Shown here piece by piece: positions 1 to 9,727 of a stretch of 64,000 nucleotides of DNA. Within the stretch, counting starts at the first letter, position 1; each line of letters starts with the position of its first letter. The position numbers and the translations under genes are program-made. The notes beneath the pieces were generated by a model. It searched no databases and was not told the origin of the DNA. It saw nothing but the letters and a program-made list of their open reading frames with translations. The stretch is from Dimorphilus gyrociliatus (taxonomy: Eukaryota > Animalia > Annelida). Location of the stretch: contig CAJFCJ010000002.1 in assembly GCA_904063045.1 (NCBI GenBank), forward strand, positions 2,413,891 through 2,477,890, read 5' to 3'.

Positions 1-148
1 GACAAATTTGACAAACAAAAACAGTTATATCGTTTTTATGTGTTTTGCCAAAATACTGTTATTTTCTTATTTATACTAAGGTTTTATTCAGTTTATAGTA
101 ATTAATAGTTATAAACAAGTCTGCTACTTTATTGTCGAATTGGGGTAG

Positions 149-752
149 ATGGAAATGAAATTATTAATTTTATTGATTGCTTATCAAACAGGTTAAAATT
201 TTTTTTTTAAAAAGAAAAATAAAATAGAAATAATTCCTTTTCTAAAATAGTTGGCTCTCGGGCTTATACTTGCTATCAATGCGGCGAGAAGGATCAACCT
301 CCCTGCTATTCTTCTAAAATAGAAACTTGCGAAGGGATAAATTGCGTTATAAATTACTATTACGGAGTTTTAAAGACCAGATCTTGTGCGATTAATAAAG
401 CCTATGGGACAACTGATCAATGTATGAGAACACCCATTCATAAAGTTTGTTATTGTCTATCAGACTTTTGTAATAACGATAAAATGAATAGAAAAGAAAA
501 GGAACAAGGTAAAAATAGATTGTTAAAAATAGTCAATAGACAATTTCTTCATTTCCCTGATATTTAACATTTTTTCAACTAGATAAAATGAATGGAATAA
601 GACAAATGCAAACAACGAATTCCTTCTCTACTCTTACAGTTAAACAACCATTTAAAACAATCGTAAGAAACAATGTTAAAAACAATTCATCATTAGTTTG
701 CAATTCTAAATATCAATTGTTATTTATCCTAATTAATTATATAAACGTATAA
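149..752 (+). CDS. Ly6/uPAR (three-finger, quiver/sleepless-like) secreted, probably GPI-anchored protein, 3 exons
   Basis: Exons 149-191, 251-508, 583-752; both introns are GT-AG, phase 1. Translation: MEMKLLILLIAYQTVGSRAYTCYQC...C...C...C...C...C...VCYCLSDFCNN. It has a signal peptide, 10 Cys ending in the C-x-C-x4-CN LU-domain signature, a Thr/Asn spacer and a hydrophobic C-terminus (YQLLFILINYINV*). Not in the ORF track. Confidence 0.85.
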
Positions 753-1295
753 ACGAATTAATAAGAAAATATACAATTTTACAATAACAAATGTATTATA
801 TAAACAGTACATTACTAGTAAATTGTAGAATCAAAAAATATACAATTTCCAGCTATATACAGTAACCAAATATTAACCGTTTCTATGTAGTTTAGCAAGT
901 TATCGGGGCAAAAATCAAATTACTTTGCGTAAAAGTTATTAATTTTCAAGTAATGATGTACGCAAAACAAATTTTATGGAATAACAAAACCAATTGTTAC
1001 TTCCTAGAATTAGACAAAATGATAAACTTATTCTATGTTGTCTACCGAAAATTTTATGAAGGAAAAAAAATATCTTTTCCTTATCTTCCTCTTCTTCTTA
1101 TCGTTCTTATCGAAAAAATTGTATATAAAAAATATCGCCAACTTTAAACTTTATCCAAAGATACAAAATGAATCTTTCGTTGTTTTAGGTAGTGACGCCA
1201 CTTTTGACAAGATAATCGATCTTATTTCTTTAAATGTGTTACTTCATAAATATTTAATATTTATAAAAGATTAAACAAAGAAAAATCTTTATATT

Positions 1296-4200
1296 TCAGC
1301 AGATAGAATAATTAAATCTTTCAGTTTGCGTAAATATCAAAGTATTTTTTGCAGGTTCAAAGAAATAGTCTTTAAAAATGGTATCAAAATTGAACTTTGA
1401 TAAGTAACAAACATTAATCGTCTTTTTAAAAGCTACACCTTGACAAACAGCGTATCTTTGGCATAATGTTAAACATTCATTAAGATTTTGAACAATTTCT
1501 TTCGTTTCTATAAATTCTTCTTTAATTATATTATCTACGGCTACCAAAACATAGTCTTTAAAGAATGAAAAGCGAATTATTAGCGAAATATAATTGGCAA
1601 AACCAATATTTACTTACCAGTTAATTTGGTAATAGGTTGAGATATAAATTCAACTTTGCATAATTCAAAACTTTGATTACTTTGTGAATAAATCTTGAAA
1701 TATGAGGTGAGGCTATGATTTGAACAAGGGTGAACTAGTCGGTTGGATGTCTTATTTTCTGTTTCGAAGCAGTCAAAGGATTTAAGTGGCATTAAAATAG
1801 TTTTTATTGGTTGAATAATAGATCCAAAAATAATCAAAATACTCTTTATTCTTACTAATTCGCCGGTATAGAAAATAAATTGATAACTTTTCACACATTG
1901 ACTGGTATACGGAATAAGGTTTACATGATTGGAATGAACAAAATGCGTGGGAGTTAAAATAGGAGCTGCTTACAAAAGAAATAAATTATTAAGTCTTGAA
2001 ATGTATCTTGTTTTTAGTACCTTTTGCTCCATAAGCAATTATTTCGCATATATGTATTATCGTACTGGGTAAACCTCGATAAAATGATAACATATTTCCC
2101 ACAGAATCCTCGGGGCAGGAATAAAAAATTGGTCTGCGTGTCGCATAAGGTTGCTGATAACAACTTTTTCCATCATGCAAACTATTTTGAATTCCAACTA
2201 CAAGTTCTACGTATTCATAAAGAAAGCTAAACTGGTATCTTGGGACTACTGTCACTTCTGAAACGTCGTATTCACCATCAAAATAAACAGTGAAAACAGA
2301 CATTTTCTCGTGACTAACAGTTGAACAATACCCATAGTCTTTAACATTTCCAAAATATTGTAACACATAACCGTCAATAGCTTTTGCGGGATATTGTTCA
2401 TAAGGTTCAACCTTGTGTGCACCTGGATCGAGTCCACTTCCTTCTGCTCTTATCATCGGAATTTTAATGATATCCAAGTTCTTCTTCTTAAGAATACCTA
2501 ATACTTCAATTTCAGGAACATTAGCAGAGTTTCCTTCTAAAAATTCCCAAAATACTATTGCATATCGTCCAATTGGATTTGGTTCAAAACATTTTAAAGA
2601 AAGTAGTGAACCAGGAGCTGGATTAACAGTATTGTTAAAACAATTCGCAATAAAAGTGATTGAATTTCTAGGTCGAGTATTTTCAATTCTACCGAACATA
2701 TTTGAAAATCTTTCCGTAATCAAAGCTAAAAATGAAAAATATAAAGATACTGAACTCTAGTAATGTAAACTTAATAACCTAAAGGTCTAATTAAAATTCG
2801 AAATCTGAAAACAAGATATTCTTGTAGTAGATCAATACATATCCATGGTTTTTTTGACATTCTTGAATGATACATTTTGAAGTTATAGATTCCATCATTT
2901 ATCATCATTTCAAAGCCGAAAGCATCTTTTTCCGAGCCGAAAGTTTGCTGACTTGACGCCCATACAGGCTTTTTTAGAGCTATATTTTTTGTTATTTCAC
3001 CTAATAAATGCAAATAAAACTGTTCAATATCGGTTATTTATAACCAGGAATTTTTTTCTTACTTGATTTTTTCACAAAATATCCCCATACATTGATTGTT
3101 TCGAATGAAATTATAGTAAAAGCGTCTCTTATTATTGTAACGTACTGACCAAATATCTTATTTCCAGGGCAAATTACTGTTGTCATACTAAAATCATTAA
3201 CGTTAATAAATTGTCCACAAAAATCTTCATCGTCAGAGGTTAAATTATCAGATGGATGCGTCATAGTGACATAAACTATTGCATTTTCCAAATAATGTTT
3301 TCTATTAGAAAGGATGTCTATAGCTTTTGTTATATAAATGTTTAATAAACTTAAGCCAAACCATGGCTTAGTTTCTTCGGAGGTTTCAAAAATATTTATA
3401 GGATTATCTATTGTGGCCTGATAAGCCATACTGTAATGGCCCGTAGCGCTAGAAGAGAATGCCGGTAAAAAAGATGAAAGGGTAGCTATTGTAAAAGTAT
3501 TAAATTAACATAGGAAACACCATATTTTCTATTACCTGAATAAGCTTTTATTTCACAAATCTGGAGTTCATTTGCAGATTTAAATGTTGCGTATCTGCCA
3601 GGAAAAAGATATATAGATGTACAATGGATACTATTATGATGATTGTTTATCAATGGATAATCTTCTACACAAATTTCATTCTTTTCGTAATGTGTTATAT
3701 GAGCTCCTGCATTATTCAAGTAAATACTAATAGTTTGATTATCTGTTGAAAATTAAAAAAAAAACAATGAAATATTGCAGCTAGAGAATACTTTCATAAG
3801 AAAAAATATGTACCACAGCAATTTGGAGTCGTTATTATGAATTTTCTAATAAAGTTTTTAGTGGATAAAAAATCAATGATCAGCCAATAGTCATTGCTAT
3901 CTTTTATGTTAAAATTAGAACAACCCCCTAAATTTTTTTCGGTAAATTCAACACCATCTACAACATGAGTAGGATGTAATAAATCCTCGTATGAGCCCGA
4001 CGGAAAAGAGATAGGTTTGCGGAAGGCCAAATTTTCCCCTTCAAATATATCTGTCATTAGACAGAGATATCTTTTATAAACTTTATGTCCATCTATGTTT
4101 CTAATTCCGCCTTCTATGGTAAAATGATAAGAAATCATATCTTTTTTGATATCCTCAATGGACATTGAATCCCAATTTTCGTCTTTTATAAACTCTCCTC

Positions 4201-4852
4201 GACATCCAACACTTTGGTACCAAAGAAATTTTAAACATTCCAGGGGATGATCGACAGACCTATTGGCTGAACCACACATACCCTTTTCCTTATCTATTTA
4301 TATAAGAACAATATATGAATGTTGACTTGTAAAAAACAAATGCAAATGACCTTTAAGAATGAAAGAATGACTAGAATTCTTGAACCCAACGAGAGGATAA
4401 ACAAAATATGATTTTAGTTCACAAGAGATGTTTTGGAGAACTGTGGATGTTGTGAAGCCAACACAATTTTCCATTTGGGTACATTTCTCAAAGCATTTGA
4501 TATAGTTATCAAAAGTATACGAAACCAATGTATAGCCATAACTGATATAATTAGCGACGAATAGTACTTCTCTTCCTTTATATCAATTTAAATATCATAC
4601 ACTTATAAACAGTATAGAATACATAACTTATATATAAGTTACCTTTATTGCAAATTTCATCATTTAAAATTGGACTACAATTGCATGATCCCGATACACA
4701 CTTTCCTCCATTTAAACAAAATTCATCATTAATGCAGTGAGCTTTTAAAGTTTTGATTGATGTCAAGTATGTTTTAACTGAGAAAAAAAAGAAAACTTAC
4801 TGGAAAGACGAATAATCAGAAAAAAATGCAATAAGCAAAAGAGATAATTCAT
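1296..4852 (-). CDS. Mosaic extracellular lectin-like protein: signal peptide, EGF, PAN/apple, unknown Cys-Trp module, 4-5 F-type lectin (FTP/F5-8C-like) domains, PAN/apple (~1,020 aa)
   Basis: Exons (minus): 4852-4801, 4777-4643 (EGF: CINDEFCLNGGKCVSGSCNC), 4575-4351 (PAN: CFEKCTQMENCVGF...C), 4293-3814, 3742-3536, 3485-3063, 3000-2779, 2725-2021, 1968-1618, 1555-1296 (PAN: CLTLCQRYAVCQGV...C). All junctions are phase 1 and keep frame. F-lectin hallmarks: NLAFRKP/NIALKKP, (A/V/N)DG, PW..IDL, GRY, ICEI.AY. The 5' end is uncertain (see findings). Confidence 0.8.
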
Positions 4853-6562
4853 AGTTCTACAAAAAGGACTGGAGAAGTAACTAACGTAAAGTAAATTCAT
4901 AATTTAGTACTAATAAATAATCAACATGCTCAGCTGGAAAACTTTTATATGCTATTGATAGAATGAATGTAGAGAAATTTAAACTTAAAAAAATGACTTT
5001 AGCATAACTTATTCTATCTTTTACATTGTATTTGGCCAATTTTTTATCTATATCTATTACTGTAATATAACACATTATGTATATACTGTATATACATAAA
5101 TTATTATTAACTTAACAAAAGATTTTGTTTTTTATTAAAAAAAATATTTTGTAAATTATAAACATACTAGAATTACATTTAAAATATCAATTAATACTGT
5201 TTTTTTAAGTCGTATTTTATTTTTTTTAAGGGGAAATAATATCCTATTACTCACTTTCAAATTTCCCTTAATTATCTAATTAAATGTTGACCGGAAATGA
5301 TTCACTAAAAAAATCTTTGCATATTCTCTCTCTCTCTCTTTTTTTTAATCAATTACAATAACCTTATTTATTTTTGTATTGATTGTATTCACATAGCAGT
5401 TTAGAAGGAAAGCTCAATAGTTATTTCTTTTTGTTTTGTACATAAATTCATCCTTATTGATTATTGATGTCGTTTTATTTAACATATCCTAAATAATGTA
5501 TTCTGCCGTTGTTTTAAGGTTTATGAGGATCGATACAACTTACTAGGATAGATAATTGGATTGGTTTTTTTTTTCTTATGGTAAAATTCATGACCATGGC
5601 TTCTCTACGGTTTAGGATTTTACGGAATACCAGTGATCAATGATCCATGATTACTCAGTTTCCAATTCAATAACATTAAGCTTAACGATATGACAACTTA
5701 ATCTGTTAATTGTTCAGACCATTTTCAATATCCAAATAGGGTTAGAATATTTAGGCCGAAATGTTTTGAATTATTAAGTGAATCAATATAGTATAAATTA
5801 CAACTTTTATATAAAGTATGGTATATAATATTTCGGCGCTGTAGTGAAATTATTATATATTTCAGGCTTTATAATATATGCCATATACTGTATATATATT
5901 TAATCTAATTAATTAAATATTCACCCAAAGATATAAAAATTTCTTCGATTTGACGCCATCTAACGGATTTTTTATTGAAAAGAAGACCCCACCCCTTTCA
6001 CTCGTCCCCATTTCCTATATTTTTTTTGTAAAAAAGCTCAGCGGAATTCACTTTGTACAACAATTATTGTGTAGCGATTCACTGAAAAATACATCTACTG
6101 AATATAAGTCTGAATTCAGCTGAACCAATCAAAAGCAAGAATTTCCCTTTCGCCTGATAAATGATAAAGGAATGAAGAACGTGGGCGAGAAATGTTTATG
6201 TAATAAAAAGCAAAGAAATATTAAAATTTCTCTCTCGAGTTTTTTAATTACTTGGTCCTTTATGAATGCGAATATGCGCTATATGAAAATTGTTCACTTT
6301 ACATAATTCCTAGCTTTGAACTCTATTCTAAACTTGTTAAACATTTCAAAAAACAAAAGTATGAGCCTATGCTCTACATATAATTAAATAGCATATATAT
6401 ATTTGATATACACTTTTTTTTTACTTTCAAGCAACTTGAATTGGAACGTCGATAATGAAAGATATAGTATTATTTTACTACAATGCATAAATATTGCTCT
6501 TTTGAAAAAGCAAAGACATTGATCAAATATAAGCATATACACAAATTTACCTTTATAAAGTT

Positions 6563-6567
<5 letters not shown>

Positions 6568-6603
<36 letters not shown>
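6568..6603. repeat. (TA)n microsatellite
   Basis: Uninterrupted TA run of about 36 nt. Confidence 0.95.
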
Positions 6604-6604
<1 letters not shown>

Positions 6605-7422
6605 GATCATCGATATAGAAGAATAAGAAAAGTGTGAATAAAAAAAATGACTGAATGTTAAAGACAACACCCCTTTTATGTTCCAGTTCTTGAATAACAT
6701 AGATAAAGCGATTATTCAATCATAAAATGAATATTTAAATAAGAAATAAATAAAGAAGACAATGATTCATTTTCAGAATATTTTAAATTCCGTTTATTTA
6801 TTCTAAATTCGATAAAAATTTTTAATATAGATTTATACTTTGTTTACTACATATCTTTATATTAGTATAGAGTATATAAATTATATATGTATATATAATA
6901 CATTGCTCTAATCATCTTTCTATCTAATTTAAATTCTGTATTTAAAAAAAAACCATATTTATTCCATATAACTGTGAAAAATTTATATAACATACTATAT
7001 ATACGTATATTTATATACTGTATATTAGAGCTAAAATATTTGATATCGTCACAAAGATGTAGAGAGAGTGAGAGAGATACAAATATTGAAAGTTCTATTA
7101 TTTTAAAACATCTAAAAATAGACACATTTATATATATATATATATATTTGTTATACATAAAAGATTCATAATAAATATTGTGTATTCTTTACAGAGGTTT
7201 GTAAAAATAATCCTCAATTTATAAAATAAAAACTAAAGTGAAATTCAATCATTTTCAGTTGTAAAAACAATAATTAAGTGAATTCATTATAAATAGTAAT
7301 GTGATAAAGGAAATTATATACTTTCAAAACTTATTATATAATTACATATATATATTTTTTAAAGATCTCTTTTTCTTTTTGTATTTTATTCCTTAGTAAC
7401 AAAATGAGAGGATTATCTTATA

Positions 7423-7442
7423 AGAGAGAGAGAGAGAGAGAG
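7423..7442. repeat. (AG)n microsatellite
   Basis: AG run of about 20 nt downstream of the tetraspanin stop. Confidence 0.9.
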
Positions 7443-7653
7443 CGAGAGTAAGATACAAAAGGTACAAGCACAGCAACTCATTTTACTTAATAATTTGTTT
7501 ATCAAATTAATAGCAACTCTATGAATGAATTAATATGTATAAAGAAAATATATATTGATAAATATACATGCTATTTATAAATATGTTAAATAATTTTCTT
7601 TTCTTTTTTTTTAGTGGTTTTTTTTTTTCTTGAAATAAAAAAGGTTTTTTTTA

Positions 7654-8439
7654 CTATTTGGCTTTCCTTCTTAGTGTGCAACAAAGGAAGCACGCAATTA
7701 TAAAACCAACAATTTGGATAGCTGCTATACCAATTCCAACACCAGCTAAGATGACGATATTATCTTCTACCTCCGTTTTAAGCTTTTCATAACAGGTAGC
7801 TTTCCAAATATAGTCATCTTCTTTATTCTTACATTTGTCCTTGTCTTTCATATCATCTTCGTAAGTAGAGAATTTTATAGCATTTTGAAAGTTGTCTTTA
7901 TCTTCGATAGCGGTTTTAAATACACAGCAACTCCATGGCATTTCTTCACCAGTAGGAAAATCAGCAAGACCTTCTTTCAAGCCGCAGCACTTTAGTTTAA
8001 CTTGTGCGAAATGTATTAAAGAGGTAAACGCTGTATCGACGTTATACTTCTTAGTAATTAACTCTGATCCTTTATCTTTTATCTTGTCGTCTATTTCGCC
8101 TCTGAAAATCATCGCTAAAACACCGAAAGCTAGCTCAGCAGCAAAAATAATAACTAAAAATGTTGCGTATGTTACTAGCATCCAAACAGACTCCGTCAAT
8201 GCACCACAGCATCCACAGAAACCAACTGCTAGAACGAAAACTCCAACACCGATCATCACGTATAGTGCATATTTTGCATAGTCCTTATCTAGGATCTCGT
8301 TCGAAAGATCGATGTAATTGAGCATATTCGGATCGACAAGAATCCATACCGCAATTGCCGCTATAGCGAGTCCACTAAGCCAAAAGAGAAAATTAAAGGT
8401 GAAGAGAATACCCTTACACAATCCTGTTCCGCAACCCAT
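7654..8439 (-). CDS. Tetraspanin, single coding exon, 261 aa
   Basis: First ATG at 8439 (MGCGTGLCKGILFTFNFLFWLSG). Four hydrophobic helices; GFCGCCGA after TM2; large loop with CCG, PWSCC and later Cys; Cys-rich juxtamembrane C-terminus (CFLCCTLRRKAK*). The ORF track's extension to 8541 uses a TTG start. Confidence 0.95.
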   Translation of the reverse strand: MGCGTGLCKGILFTFNFLFWLSGLAIAAIAVWILVDPNMLNYIDLSNEILDKDYAKYALYVMIGVGVFVLAVGFCGCCGALTESVWMLVTYATFLVIIFAAELAFGVLAMIFRGEIDDKIKDKGSELITKKYNVDTAFTSLIHFAQVKLKCCGLKEGLADFPTGEEMPWSCCVFKTAIEDKDNFQNAIKFSTYEDDMKDKDKCKNKEDDYIWKATCYEKLKTEVEDNIVILAGVGIGIAAIQIVGFIIACFLCCTLRRKAK

Positions 8440-9727
8440 ATTTCCAGCAAAATTATTTCGAGGGCGTTGGTTGTTGAACTGCCGAAATGACGATCTACAC
8501 TGAACGAAACGGGTGAGGTCTGAATCACAAATATTGAACAAGGGGTGACTTCAGAAGGGGTTTGAAAAAGTCATAATAGCACTTAGCCTGAACGGATTGT
8601 ATAGCCAACAGCCTCTCTGGCAAACTATATATAAGTACTAAGAGGGTGTAGGCATATGTTTAGTGTTTGCCAAATTGCATTTTACGCCCTCGTTTACTCC
8701 AACTTTGTTTTTCCCCCGTGAACATTTTACCGTGCCTCAGCTCTAGCGCGAAGTACGCTTCATTGATCTTCTTTGGCGTTCAATACGAGTTACAGTTTCC
8801 ATGGGGCCGATTTACAATGATCACGCCACCTTCCGGTAATTGTAGCAGACTATACCTACACCTTGAACTTGTTGGCTTTCCTATTGTTAATGGAGCAAAA
8901 AAAAATACTATAAAGCACTTTAGCAGAATTTTAATGCTCTGACCCACCAAAGAGAAAAATATCACCAGCGTAAAAAGTTAATGATGGTATTTCTACTATA
9001 AATGTTCATCAATAGTTTGAACAAGACTTTTATATTAATTCAAACCAATTTAGATCATTGATTATTTCCCATTCAATTGTACTATAAATATATATATATT
9101 TTTTTCCCTTGTACGACTCAAAAAGTGATTGTTTTAACTGAAAACCAAGTGTTGTTTGCATGTTGGCTTTTAACAGTTTTTTTTCTCAATTTTAAAGATA
9201 TATAGAATGATTAAGTTCGCCCTAGAAAACATTAAATTACTCAAATATTTTAGTTATTCACCTTAGCATGTCGCAAAATATAGGCGGGGTTCGAAACCCA
9301 CAATGATTTACTCTTTCCCACAACGCATGCGTAATTCTACACAAACTTAGCTACAGAAGAGGGGCGGTTTTCTCTCTGTATGCTTGGCCCCATTGATAAG
9401 TTTCTTGTCATTCATATTTGAACCAGACAATTTTGTCACTTATAAGACAAGGGTTTTATCTATATCAATTGTAAAACACTTTTCATTGATAAATGTTTAG
9501 CTTTTGTTTAGCTTTTTTTCCATATTTTCCAATATAGTAGTTTGGTACACTTAAAAATTCAATATAATAAGTGTATATATATATATATACAAATATAGAT
9601 ATATTTATTCATTTGTGAACTATTTATAAGACAATATAATAAGTTGATATACTGTATAAATTGTATAGTTTTGCATATAAAGATACTGTTCTGTTGTAAG
9701 AAAAAAAAAGCACTGTACAAACTGAGA

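Noticed and set aside
953-1274. Two plus-strand ORFs (64 and 79 aa) after the Ly6 gene
   Set aside because: Low-complexity AT-rich translations in a convergent 3' UTR region, with no domain or splice support.
2024-2760. Plus-strand ORFs overlapping the lectin gene
   Set aside because: Antisense shadows of a real coding exon.
6470-7171. ORFs rich in Y/I
   Set aside because: Produced by (TA)n microsatellites and AT-rich sequence.
7892-8965. ORFs antisense to or upstream of the tetraspanin
   Set aside because: Antisense shadows or promoter-region chance ORFs with no recognisable motifs.
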